Assembly: GCF_006345805.1 (NCBI RefSeq)
Contig: NC_043017.1
Location: 20,212,001-20,276,000 of the forward strand
Direction: 5' to 3'
Length of the DNA: 64,000 nt
DNA from: Octopus sinensis
Lineage: Eukaryota
Within the stretch, counting starts at the first letter, position 1. Every line of letters starts with the position of its first letter. Below, piece by piece: positions 37,251-49,938 of the stretch. The position numbers and the translations under genes were made by a program. The notes beneath the pieces were generated by a model, which ran no database searches, had not been told where the DNA came from, and saw only the letters and a list, made by a program, of their open reading frames with translations.

Positions 37251-38379
37251 GTTGTGTGTGTGTGTGTATTGTATATGTAGTATGTTTACATGTGTTGATG
37301 CATGCATATGTTTATGTATATGTGTGCATGTGTTTGAGCATGCAAGTATGTGTGTGTTTGTGTGCATGCGATGCTTTTTGCACATGCATGTATGCATTTG
37401 TGGACATGCTTGCACATGCATGTACTTGCATGTACGTACTTATTTAGATTGCATGCACGAGTTTGTGCATGTACAAGTGTGTGTGCAGGCATAAGTTTGG
37501 AATTGCACAATGCATGTTTTACATGCATATGTGAACCTGTGCATGTGTTTGTGAGTGTGTGTGTGTGTGTGTTTGTATGTGTGTCTGTATGATTATGTGT
37601 CGGTGTGTGTGTGTGTATGTGTCTGTACATGTGTGTGTATAAGTTTTGATTTTATATGCATGTACAAGTTGATGCCTGTTAAGTTCATGTGGTGTGTGTG
37701 TGTATTTGTGTGTGTGTGTGTATTTGTGTGTGTGTGTGTGTGCATTTGTGTGTGCATGCACATACACCCCCGTGTGTGATGTAATTAAGATTAAGAATTC
37801 CCTAATTAAGTCCAGGTAAATAAAAATACCTTTAGGAACTCGTTTCTTCATTGCAGTGATTGAAGTAATTATGCCAAGGTTCCAAACTGAATGGCTTTGA
37901 GGGAGAGACTGCCATCTTTGATGGGAGATTCTGGTCTCAGAACAGAGACATTCCCATATTCGCAGAAACTATTGAAGTACTTCAGGCATTTGGAAGCCTG
38001 GAGAATGCTCTCAGATTTTGGAAAAGTAAAATACGAGGCCTTCAAAAGGAGCACAAACCACAAAATCTCAAGAAGATAATGAAGTTGTTGCTTTTGTTGC
38101 TTAACTCCATAATAATAATAATAATAATAATAGTAATAAAGAGCTGTTACTGCCCATGTATTTTAATTTAACCTTAAAAAAAAAAAAAATGAACGAACTA
38201 TCGAGTTTGGTTTAATGGCCTACCAATGTATACTATGAGTTTCTTTGCCCTAGGAGTCAGGAAGATGCTCGGCAAGAAATGGAAGCAAATTTGAAAGAAG
38301 AAGAAAAAAAACCAAAAAAACAATAATAATAATAATAATAAATCATAATAATAATCTTTTCTACTATAAACTTCTTGAA

Positions 38380-38565
38380 TTCTTTTACTTGTTTCAGTCA
38401 TTTTGACTGCAGCCATGCTGGAGCACCGCCTTTAGTCGACACATCAATTCCAGGACTTATTCGTTGTAAGCCTAGTACTTATTCTATCGGTCTATTTTGC
38501 CAAACCGCTACGTTACGGGGGAGGTAAACACACCAGCATCAGTTGTCAAGTGATGTTGGGGGGGC
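38380..38565 (-). mobile_element. SINE B tail
   Basis: Reverse complement of the B module. Confidence 0.8.
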
Positions 38566-38594
38566 ACACACACACACATACATATATATATATA

Positions 38595-39280
38595 TCATCA
38601 TCATCATCATCATCATCATTTAACGTCCGCTCTCCATGCTAGCATGGGTTGGACGGTTCAACTGGGGTCTGGGGAGCCCGAAAGCTGCACCAGTCCAGTC
38701 AGATCTGGCAGTGTTTCTACAGCTGGATGCCCTTCCTAACGCCAACCACTCCGAGAGTGTAGTGGGGATTTTATGTGCACCGACACAGGTGCCAGACGAG
38801 GCTGACAAACGGCCACGCTCGGATGGTGTTTTATGTGCCACCGACACAGGTGCCAGACGAGGCTGGCAGACGGCCACGCTCGGATGGTGTTTTTTATGTG
38901 CCACCGACACAGGTGCCAGACGAGGCTGGCAGACGGCCACGCTCGGATGGTGTTTTATGTGCCACCGACACAGGTGCCAGACGAGGCTGGCAGACGGCCA
39001 CGCTCGGATGGTGTTTTATGTGCCACCGACACAGGTGCCAGATGAGGCTGGCAAACGGCCACGATCGGATGGTGCTTGTTACGTGCCACAGCACGGAGGC
39101 CAGTCGATGCGGTACTATGCGACGAGCTTCTTTCAGTTTCTGTCTACCAAATCCACTCACAAGGCTTTTGTTGGCCCGAGGCTATAGTAAAAGATACTTG
39201 CCCAAGGTGCCATGCAGTGGGACTGAACCCGGAACCATGTGGTCGGTAAGCAAGCTACTTACCACGCAGCCACTCTTGCA
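38595..39280 (-). mobile_element. Chimeric SINE: A head joined directly to D VNTR (5-6 units of about 61 bp) and D tail
   Basis: A head and core 39120-39280. Units begin at about 38774, 38834, 38897, 38958, 39019 and 39082. (GAT)n tail at 38595-38620. Confidence 0.9.
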
Positions 39281-39299
39281 CCGTGTATTTATATATGAG

Positions 39300-39512
39300 T
39301 GTGTATCTGTGTTTGTCCCCCCAATATCGCTTGACAACCGATGTTGGTGTGTTTATGTCCCTGTAACTTGGTGGTTCAGCAAAAGAGACCGATAGAATAA
39401 GTACTAGGCTTACAAAGAATAAGTCCTGGGGTCGATTTGACTAAAACCCTTTAAGACAGTGCTCCAGCATGGCTGCAGTCAAATGACTTAAACAAGTAAA
39501 TGAATAAAAGAA
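39300..39512 (+). mobile_element. SINE B tail
   Basis: TGTTTGTCCCCC...GAATAAGTACTAGGCTTACAAAGAATAAG...CAGTCAAATGAC. Confidence 0.85.
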
Positions 39513-39989
39513 TTCTGGTTTTTCATGTCTATGACGGTCTACATTGTCCCGCAAATCTTAACATTTCATTTAAGATGTTAGATGTGAGAGTTAAGGGAGA
39601 CTTGGCTGCTATTTCTAGCACGTTGAGTGCCTGTTTAAAGGCCCTTGTGTCAGGTTGCACCGTGCGAACAATGGTGGAAGGAAAGGATGTTGCATTGCTT
39701 GCGTTGCAGGATGTTTTGTGTGCAGATGCAGATGCACATGTTGAACTTTGGGCGCATTAGATGCAGCGTTGTGATAAGTAACACCCTTGAGAGAGCAGAA
39801 CATATGGAAATCAGATGCTGCAGTGGAACTGGTGGGTACCAATTGCTATTTATGGTGGCATATGTGGCAGTGGTAGCAATCTTTATAGATGCAGGAAAAT
39901 GGAGGTTGGGCTTTGGATAAATACAGCCGAATATATATATATATGTACACATATGTATACATACACATGCATATATATTTCTCTCTTTC

Positions 39990-40368
39990 TCTTTTCTCTC
40001 TTTTACTTGTTTCAGTCATTTGACTGTAGCCATGCTGGAGCACCGCCTTTAGTCGATCAAATCGACGCCAGGACTTATTCTTTGTAAGCCCAGTACTTAT
40101 TCTATCGGTTTCTTTTGCTGAACCGCTAAGTGATGGCGACGTAAACACACTAGCATTGGTTGTCAAGCAATGCTAGGGGGACAAACACAGACACACAAAC
40201 ATACACGCACATACATATATATATACATATATACGACGGGCTTCTTTCAGTTTCCGTCTACCAAATCCACTCACAAGGCTTTGGTCGGCCCGAGGCTATA
40301 GTAGAAGACACTTGCCCAAGGTGCCACGCAGTGGGACTGAACCCGGAGCCATGTGGTTGGTAAACAAG
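39990..40368 (-). mobile_element. A-B SINE, near full length
   Basis: B tail 39990-40195, CA/TA spacer, A core and head 40230-40368. Confidence 0.9.
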
Positions 40369-40654
40369 CGACTTTATTAACCTGTCTCAGAATCTGCCCT
40401 TCGTAAATATCATGGACAGTATATTTAATATAAAGTACATGTCTGAATAGCCCACAGCAAATTTCTTCACTCACCTAGGTCTAACTGCAAGAATATCATT
40501 CGGCAGGTACTTATGTACAAAGTTTGATATTTACATAATATTGTTGTGTGTGTATATTATTCTGACCTAACGAGGTGCCTCAATTTAAGTACCTAATTCA
40601 ACTGAATCTTACATATATACATCATGTACACTTAGATACTTAGATAACTTAGAT

Positions 40655-40872
40655 CAGTGGTTTTCAACCAGGGTTCTGCGGAACCTTAGGGTTCCGCCAG
40701 TACAGTCCAGGGGTTCCACAAGAAGTTACAAAACTGCAAAAATCGGCAGTAATCGGCAGTCTCCTGTGTAGATATGTGTGCATAAGACTATTAAATTATT
40801 GCACAGGGGTTCCTCGAGCCAGTGGAATGTTTCCTTAGGGTTCCGCTCCAGCAAAAAGGTTGAAATGCACTG
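40655..40872. mobile_element. hAT-type MITE (copy 2) with perfect 8-bp TSD
   Basis: TIRs CAGTGGTTTTCAACC / GGTTGAAATGCACTG. ACTTAGAT at 40647-40654 and 40873-40880. Confidence 0.92.
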
Positions 40873-41102
40873 ACTTAGATATTTAGATAAGTTTCAGCCT
40901 GAATCAGGCCAGGCCATGTTTAACTTAATGGCACCAACTGGACAAGACATCATATTCCAGTCATTCATTGGGTACCATATCCCATTCAAGTAAAGACTTA
41001 TTATTTGCAGAGATATATCTAAGGGGGTTTATATGGAATTTATAGGAGATATTCGTCCAGGAACTGGTTGGATGTTAGGGGATCTTTCTCCTCTTTTATG
41101 CA

Positions 41103-41131
<29 letters not shown>

Positions 41132-41142
<11 letters not shown>

Positions 41143-41424
41143 TGTATGCTCATATTGAAGGCATAAGTGTGGCTGTGTAGTTCCCAATTACATGGTTCCA
41201 GGTTCAGTTGCACTGTGTGGCACCCTTGCTCTAAATGCCATGCAGTGGGACTGAACTCAAAACAAAATGGTTTGTAATGAAATTTCTTAACTCCACACCC
41301 CAAGCCTGAACGTATACCACCTACAACACTCAAAACCAAGGAACTAAATGAAAAAGCAGAAAAAATAAAAAACAATACACCTTATTGCTTAAATAAATTC
41401 AGTTTAAGTAAATTTTTATGCATG
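41132..41424 (-). repeat. Inverted local duplicate of 43946-44230
   Basis: High similarity, visible also as the paired ORFs ...FSFSSLVLSVVGG..SGLGCGVKKFHYKPFCFEFSPTAWHLEQGC... on opposite strands. Confidence 0.85.
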
Positions 41425-41615
41425 ACGTGAACGAGAGCAGGGCCAGTTGAGGTGAAGAAGTTTGAGTGTTGTAATGTGATGCGAACATGACTTTTATAGG
41501 GGACAGATAACCTGGTGGGGGGTCAAGCCGTGGGTGAATTTTAGAGTAGGTACCAACATCATTTGGGCAGTAGTGTTGGAATATTTTCTATGGCATGCAA
41601 ATGACATATATACAT

Positions 41616-41654
<39 letters not shown>

Positions 41655-42199
41655 TATATATGTATTTATCTTTTGGTGGAATTGAACCTAGGACCACATA
41701 GCTGAAAAGTAAACTCCTTACCCATGCCTGCATCTATTACAGCCCACACACACACATACACACACATTGGCACACTTATGCCTATACATATATACTGTAA
41801 AATAAACAAAAAAATCTATCTAAGCACAAATATATAAAAACAAAATAACTTGAAACAGTTTTCCATTTTTCCTTAAGTTCTCAGTTACGTCTGTGTGCAC
41901 ACCCACACATGCATGCATACTTCCACCTTATCACACATACACATATATATGTATATATATATAAACATATGTATGTATATCTATATCTATACACATGCAT
42001 ATACATATATATACACACACTCATATTTATACATATGTGTGAATGCATATATATTAGTATATGTATATATATATATATACACACACTCATATTTATACAT
42101 ATGTGTGAATGCATATATATTAGTATATGTATATTATATATATATACACACTCATATTTATACATATGTGTGAATGCATATATTTAGTATATGTATATA

Positions 42200-42232
<33 letters not shown>

Positions 42233-42254
42233 ATGTATATTATATATTATTATA

Positions 42255-42485
42255 TTTCTCTATTACCCACAAGGGGCTAAACATAGAGGGGACAAACAAG
42301 GATAGACAAACGGATTAAGCCGATTACATCGACCCCAGTGCGAAACTGGTACTTTATTTATCGACCCCGGAAGGATGAAAGGCAAAGTCGACCTCGGCGG
42401 AATTTGAACTCAGAACGTAACGACAGACGAAATACCACAAAGCATTTCGGCCGGCGTGCTAACGTTTCTGCCAGCTCGCCGCCTT
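42255..42485 (-). mobile_element. Full-length C1 SINE in a (TA)n tract
   Basis: GGCGGCGAGCTGGCAGAAACGTTAGC head, C body, TTTGTCCCCTCTATGTTTAGCCCCTTGTGGG tail. Confidence 0.92.
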
Positions 42486-42844
42486 ATATATATATATATA
42501 CACACACACACCCTAAAAATAAACAAAAGCTATATATACAAATTAATATGTATTTGTGTGTGTGTGTATATATATATATATGCAACATTTTAAAAACAAA
42601 CTTTGGAAGCATTGGATATGTTCGGGTGTCTGTAAAATATACATGTATATATATGTATATATATATATAATTATATATATATATATATATGTATATACAT
42701 ATATATGTATATATATAATATGTATAGACATATATATGTATATATATATGTGTGTATATATATAATATATATATATGTATATATACATAAACATATATAT
42801 ACATATTATATATACATTACATACACACACACACACACACACAC

Positions 42845-42882
<38 letters not shown>

Positions 42883-42937
42883 TATACTTTATATATATAT
42901 ATGTATATATATAGTATTTATATATATATATATATAT

Positions 42938-43527
42938 GTAACAACAGTTTTCTTGATTTGTGATGCACCCAATACAAGTCTAACCGTCCTTGTTGCACAT
43001 CAAACTGCACTGAACAACATCTAAATAACTTCCATCCAAAAAGATACAATTATAAATTCGATATAAACATCAAAAATGTTTTCCCATCTAAAATAATAGA
43101 TGCTAAAACAGTATCGTATTTATCTGCTAAGCTATCTTGTTATCTAGAAATCTTTCTCAACTGTTTATGTTTTCTTCTGATAAAAATGCCCGATACAAAA
43201 CTCTAAAGACATGCAGAAATATTACTTAAACTGAATTTATTAAAGCAATAAGTGTGTGTTGGTGGTGGTTTTTGTTTTGCTTTTCATTTAGTTCCTTGTT
43301 TTTTGAGTGTGTAGGTGTAGAAGTTCAGGCTTGGGGTGTGGAGTGAAGAATTTCATTACAAACCATTTTGTTTTGAGTTCAGTCCACTGCATGGCATTTA
43401 GGAGCAAGGGTGCCCCACAGTGCAAACTGAAACCTGGAACCATGTGATTGGGAACCACACAGCCACACTTATGCCTTCAATATTAGCATTACATGTGTGT
43501 ATATATATATATAGATAGATAGAGAGA

Positions 43528-43559
<32 letters not shown>

Positions 43560-44257
43560 CAGGGAAATATACATACATACATATATATTATATATATATA
43601 TATATATTACATATATACTTATATATAATATATATGTATATATATATGTATTTATATATATATATATATGTAACAACAGTTTTCTTGATTTGTGATGCAC
43701 CCAATACAAGTCTAACCGTCCTTGTTGCACATTCAAACTGCACTGAACAACATCTAAATAACTTCCATCCAAAAAGATACAATTATAAATTCGTATTAAA
43801 CATCAAAAATGTTTTTCCCATCTAAAATAATAGATGCTAAAACAGTATCGTATTTATCTGCTAAGCTATCTTGTTATCTAGAAATCTTTCTCAACTGTTT
43901 ATGTTTTCTTTCTGATAAAAATGCCCGATACAAAACTCTTAAAGACATGCAGAATATTTACTTAAACTGAATTTATTAAAGCAATAAGGTGTGTTGGTTT
44001 TTTGTTTTGCTTTTTCATTTAGTTCCTTGGTTTTGAGTGTTGTAGGTGGTAGAAGTTCAGGCTTGGGGTGTGGAGTGAAGAAATTTCATTACAAACCATT
44101 TTGTTTTGAGTTCAGTCCCACTGCATGGCATTTAGAGCAAGGGTGCCCCACAGTGCAACTGAACCTGGAACCATGTGATTGGGAACCACACAGCCACACT
44201 TATGCCTTCAATATTAGCATACATGTGTGTATATATATATATAGATAGATAGAGAGA

Positions 44258-44289
<32 letters not shown>

Positions 44290-44320
44290 CAGGGAAATAT
44301 ACATACATACATATATATTA
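42938..44320 (+). repeat. About 732-bp tandem duplication, possibly an assembly artefact
   Basis: GTAACAACAG starts at 42938 and 43670. The copies differ almost only by 1-bp indels in short base runs. Confidence 0.85.
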
Positions 44321-44704
44321 TATATATAATATATATATATGTATGTATGTATGTATGTAGATATATATATATTGACATTTTAGTGTTAAATTTAGAAACT
44401 TTGATTTCAAAGCAGTAAACATGTAGACATGTGTGAATTTTGTGTTAATTAAGAAATGGAGGTGATTGAAATCTTATAATTAAATTTATAAGCCTTTATC
44501 ATATATTGATGAGAAAATAGCATAATATCAGGGGATAAAAACACACACAACAGGAAGGAAAAAAATGGACATTAGTATACCTCGGAATACACATGCATAC
44601 ATTTATACATACATGGACATATTCAAAGATACACACACACACACACACATACTTTTATATTGTTAAGTAGTATATTCCTTATTATAGCATAAAATTGGTC
44701 AGAA

Positions 44705-44923
44705 TATTCTTTTCTGCTCTCGGCACAAGGCCCGAAATCTTTGGGGAGGGGGCCAGTCAATTAGACCGACCCCAGTACACGACTAGTACATAATTTATGG
44801 ACCCCGAAGGGATGAAAGGCAAAGTCGACCTCAGTGGAATTTGGACTCAGAATGTAAAAGAGAGACGAAATACTGCTAAGCATTTTGCCTGGAATGCTAC
44901 CATTTCCGCCAGCTCACTGCCTT
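44705..44923 (-). mobile_element. C2 SINE
   Basis: C head and body with the GGCACAAGGCC...GGGGAGGGG tail on the plus strand. Confidence 0.8.
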
Positions 44924-45581
44924 ATAAAACTGGCCAGAATATTACCAATGGTCATATGCCATGATCAGAAATATATTACTTGGTAATATAAAAATGCAGT
45001 TGGTCAGTTTTTCTTTAAAAGAAGGCTGTTTTTACTGACTTGTAGACAAGTAACCAATAATATATATATATAGGTGTGTGTATGAGAAATATGGATAAAG
45101 ATGAATTTATATTATAGTTCCTACACACGTTTCGCCATTATGGTAGCTTGGCACCTTGCAATAAATGTCGTCTCTAGTGCATTTTGATGCTCAATAATAA
45201 CAGATCCTCAGGGAACATTTTATAGCATACTTCAAAAATAATTTTTATATTAATATACACTTTAAAAAGATATAAAAAACATGCAAAAAAAGGAAAGAAA
45301 AATGGAGAAAAGAAAAGGGAGAGGGGGGAAAAGCTGCAGAAAATGGAAGGGGAGAGATGATGAGCCACATGCCCTGTGGTAATGATCGCAATGGCCTTGC
45401 CACAAAGAATGGCCAGTGGCACGCGCTCATTTAATCCTATTTTGCTCCTGTGATTATTAGTTTTTCTCTCCTCCTCATTATGGGTGGCGACACCTGGATT
45501 TGTGGAAGATGCATTGAGTTACAGATATCCTATGCACACACACACACACACGCATATATATATGTATGTATATGCGTACAT

Positions 45582-45910
45582 TGAGGGCACGTGGTTTAGT
45601 GGTTTGGGTATTCGGTTCATGATCATAAGGTCATGTGTTCAATTCCAAGTGGTGTGTTATGTCCTTGAGCAAGATACTTTATTTCACTTTATCCGAATCC
45701 ACTCAGCTAGCCAAAATGAATAGTACCTGTAATTCAAGAGGGCCAGCCTTGTCACATTCTGTGTCACTCTGAATCTCCCCGAGAACTACATTAAGAGTAC
45801 ATGTGTCTGTGGAGTGCTCAACCACTTGTATGTTAGTTTCATGAGCAGGCTGTTCTGTTGAGCAGATCATCTGGGACTCTTGTCTTCGTAAGAGACAGAG
45901 TACCAGACAT
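45582..45910 (+). mobile_element. tRNA-derived SINE family E
   Basis: GAGGGCACGTGGTTTAGTGGT A box, GTTCAATTCC B box, GTCCTTGAGCAAG core, CCACTCAGCT..AATGAATAGTACC. Confidence 0.75.
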
Positions 45911-46249
45911 ATGTGTGCAACCTTTCATATTACTGTTAGATGGATATTTTCCAAAGATGAGAGAAACTTGTTCCACAATGCAAGAGAGGTGGGTGGAATA
46001 TTTCACGATGAAACTCTACTGGCCATAGTCGTGATGTTCAGTTGAAAGACAAAAGACTTGCAAAATACTTACGATTTCAGTTAACAGTGATTCGTTAATA
46101 GCATGGAAGATAATTATAAAGGAAATTAATCAGCTTACCTGAAAATAATAAAAGAAAATTATGTTAGAATAATGCAATAGATATATAAAAATTTTTGGTA
46201 GCAATTTTCTAATGAAACAGTTTTACAAATAGCATTTCTTAATGTTTAA

Positions 46250-46471
46250 CCCTTTAGTGTTCACATTATTCTGCCAAAATTAATGCTTTTTTATCCACAT
46301 TCGTTTTGAACTAATCATGCATTATCTTGTAGCTATGAGATTTTGATGAGGTAGCTGTTAATTTTTAAAATGATATTGTAGGGTTGGTGTGAGAGGCCAG
46401 ATCTGGCCAGTTTGAACATAAAACAGGCAGAATACTTTTGGCCGGATATGGCCGGTTTAATTGCTAAAGGG
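46250..46471. mobile_element. piggyBac-type MITE (second family)
   Basis: TIRs CCCTTTAG / CTAAAGGG with TTAA at 46246-46249 and 46472-46475. Confidence 0.85.
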
Positions 46472-46899
46472 TTAAAAATGAATCCCTGGAAAATTGAAAA
46501 GCAAGGAGGATCTTAGGAGGATTTGAACACAATGTTAGAAATTGAACTAGTACAACAAAGAATTTTGTTTGAATTTGTGAGAGGAAAAGAGAGGGAGAGA
46601 GAGAAATTTAACTTTGGCTGAAGGAAAATATATAGTTGATCATAGCTCTCTTCAGTCAATGCTGTCCTGGAAGTTAAACAGTAGCATTAATACATGAGGT
46701 GATGGTAAATCACTAAGCAAGAAAAACAAAAGGTAGGAATTTGGTCTTTTTCCTAATTTCTAATACTTTAGGTAACTTTAAAAAAAAACCACAAATCATT
46801 ATTAACACTTTACAAAAGCAAAAATAAAAACAGCTAATAATAATAATAATAATAATAATGATAATAATAATAATAATAATGATAATAATAATAATAATG

Positions 46900-47352
46900 A
46901 TGGTTTCAAATTTAGGCACAAGTTTTGAGGGAGGGCTTAAGTGGATTACATCAACCCCATTGCTCAATTGGTATTTATTTTATTGACCCCATAAGGATGA
47001 AAGGCAAATTCAACCTTGGCAATATTTGAACTCAGAATGTAAAGATGGATAAAACACCACTAGTCATTTTGCGGAGAGTGTTAACGGTTCTGCAAGCTCA
47101 CTGCCTTAAATGATGATGATGATGATGATAATGATAATCCTTTCTATTATAGGCTCAAGGCCTGAAATTTGTGGGGAGGGGGATAGTCGATTACATTAAC
47201 CCCAAGACTCAGTTGGGACTTAATTTATTGACCCCTGAAAGAATGAAAGGCAAAGTCAACCTCGGTGGAATTTGAACTCAGAATGTAGCGGCAGATGAAA
47301 TACCGCTAAGCATTTCGCCCAGTGTGTTAACGATTCTGCCAGCTTGCCGCCC
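46900..47352 (-). mobile_element. Two tandem C2 SINEs separated by GAT/AAT repeats
   Basis: Copies at about 46900-47106 and 47135-47352. Confidence 0.85.
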
Positions 47353-47359
47353 TAATAAT

Positions 47360-47745
47360 AAGGGCTCATATACAATAACATTAAAGGACATGCAACAGCA
47401 TAAAGGACAAAAACAGGACGATACAATGGGTTTTCCGTGTGTAAACAATATAAATAAAAATTAAACAAATTAAAATTCTCTATAGGAGGTCCTTTAAGAT
47501 CCTAGTGGAAAAACCCAGAAAAGCCATGGGTGCCTGATCAACAGGGCAAGAGCCCTTCTCCTTTGATTCCCTTTTTACAGGTGCATGCTCAGAAGTGGTC
47601 CTTTCACACTGGCCATTCTTCCAACATTCACCCACCTTTAACAAACTTGCTACAAGGCAACACTTCCCTCTCCACCCTCAGCTTCCTTTTCAAGTAAAAC
47701 TTGAAAAAGTTGATGAGGGCTTGGCCAAAGAGGAAAGTGTCTGTC
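47360..47745 (-). pseudogene. Probable Tx1/L1-clade ORF2 C-terminus and 3' UTR
   Basis: Minus strand translates GQALINFFKFYLKRKLRVEREVLPCSKFVK, then with a 1-nt shift WVNVGRMASVKGPLLSMHL*. This resembles Tx1-like ORF2 ends by pattern recognition only. Confidence 0.45.
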
Positions 47746-47782
47746 TTTAGCCCTTTCAATAATAATAATAATAACAATAATA

Positions 47783-47915
47783 CTGATTTCAAATTTTGGC
47801 ACAAGTCTAAATATTTTGGTATGGTCGGGTAAGTCAGTTACATCGACCCCAGTACTCAACTGGTACTTATTTTATCAACCCTGAAAGGACGAAAGGCAAA
47901 GTCGACCTTGGTGGC
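47783..47915 (-). mobile_element. 5'-truncated C2 SINE
   Basis: TTTCAAATTTTGGCACAAG tail and GAAAGGCAAAGTCGACC body between AAT runs. Confidence 0.8.
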
Positions 47916-48771
47916 AATAATAATAATAATAATAATAATCATAAACAATAAATTTGCTCTGATTTTATGACATAATTCTTGAGTCTGGGGTAAACATTTG
48001 TAAAACGAGACCTTAAACACCGATTCTAGCATGAAGCTTTAACACCCATCACCTCCCATGACTGTGACCATCACCACCTAAAATACATATTTACTTCTAA
48101 CATTTATCCCCCCCATTCTATAAATCTAAGTCCTAGATTAGTTAGACGAGATATCATTTTTTTGGAAGAAAAGATTTCATGTTAGTGTTCAGGGAATTCA
48201 ATAACTCTAAACCAAATATTCTCACAGAGTGATTTCTTTCATATGGACTTAGCAGTACCATTTCTTCAGAACTTGTAGCTTTCTTTTTTTTTGGGGGGAT
48301 TTTTATTCTCTTTTCTTCTTTCGTTTGGAAAAAGGATTAATTTTGAGCTTGAAATGCTTCAGAAAACAGTTTGGATTTCGAGTATGTATTTTGTTAATCT
48401 TTTATGTAAATATATACTTTTTTTAATTTTCCTTTTTATTTCTCTGTTGTTTGTTGTTACAAATTCGAAATTTGATATTTTATTGTACTGGGAATTAACG
48501 AATTCCTGATCCACCCAATTACAGGAAGAATATTGTTTTTCTTGATCTAGTTTATATATAATTGTGTGTGTGTGTCTACATACACACACAAATATATATA
48601 CATATAAACAGTGACACAAATTTACATAATTTATATCCATCTATCTATCTATCTATCTATATATATATAGACAGACAGATATACATAAATGTATAAATTT
48701 GTGTCAGTGTATATATATACATATACACATTTGTGTGTGTATGTGCATGTATGTGTACCTATGTGTGTATG

Positions 48772-48802
<31 letters not shown>

Positions 48803-49541
48803 CTATATGTATGTGTATATCTACTGACCTACCCATATGTGTGTATGTATATATACATGTATACACAATCAAACATGTGTGCGCACACACATGTGCATGC
48901 ACACTCACACACACGCATACACAAATGCACACACACACACACCAAAAAATTTTCTTGACATTTATAAAACTCTTGGTAGTAACAACACAAAATAAGTACA
49001 AACTTTATTTATAATTTTCATGCTTTTAACCTTCCATACACACACACACATAAACATCTTTATGTGTGTATGTGTGAGTAAAGACATTGAAACAGGACTC
49101 CTCCACCCAAAGTCTTAGTTTTACAGCGTAACCTAAGACTGGGTGTTTATTTACCCTCTTATGTCACATGGGCAGTAATAATATTAAGTTAATTCCATGG
49201 AGAATAGAACTTTTGAATATAGTTCAAACTCGTCAGAGTGGAAAAAGAAAACGGATTTTCATTATTGTGGTGGTTTTATTGCAGAAACTGAAGAATTTGT
49301 TTTTGAAAGGTGTCAATTGACCAACTAAATCTACACTTATGATCAATTATTCACTGAACTGTGGAGAGACAGAAAGACTCATGTACGATATTATATATTT
49401 ATATATATATATATATACATGCATATATGATAATATATAATATATATATATAGATATATATATATATATATATATATGATATATGTATACATCATATATA
49501 TCTTTCTCTCTTGATACGAATATATATATATACATACATGC

Positions 49542-49572
<31 letters not shown>

Positions 49573-49575
49573 TAT

Positions 49576-49680
49576 ATTAGAGACAAAACCACTATTATGC
49601 AAATCAAACAAAGAAAGACTTAAGCCAATACATAAAATAATTTATATAAATTAAAATTTAACAATTATAAATAATATATA
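49576..49680. mobile_element. Single arm of the AT-rich foldback family
   Basis: ATTAGAGACAAAACCACTATTATGCAAATCAAACAAAGAAAGACTTAAGCCAATACATAA matches the arms at 33731 and 58371. Confidence 0.75.
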
Positions 49681-49754
49681 TATATATATGATATATGTAT
49701 ACATCATATATAAATCTTTCTCTTTCTCTCTCCTGATATATATAATATGTATAT

Positions 49755-49907
49755 GTGGCTGTGTGGTAAGAAGCTTGCGTCCCAGTCACATGGTTCTGGG
49801 TTCAGTCCCACTGCGTGACACCTTGGGCAAGTGTCTTCTACTATATCCTTGGGCCGACGAAAGCCTTATGAGTGGATTTCGTAGATGGAAATTGAAAGAA
49901 GCCTGTC

Positions 49908-49938
<31 letters not shown>

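Noticed and set aside
38774-39100. 61-bp periodic repeats as CRISPR repeat-spacer units
   Set aside because: The whole unit repeats, so there are no unique spacers, and it is internal to a dispersed retroposon.
38620-39395. 183- and 206-aa ORFs with repeated peptides
   Set aside because: They read through the D VNTR and SINE A head, and the same peptides recur wherever the repeat occurs.
46900-47915. C2 SINEs as partners of the TAA-associated R4/Dong element
   Set aside because: On their sense strand C2 tails end in (ATT)n whereas the R4/Dong copy ends in (TAA)n, and I see no shared 3' sequence.
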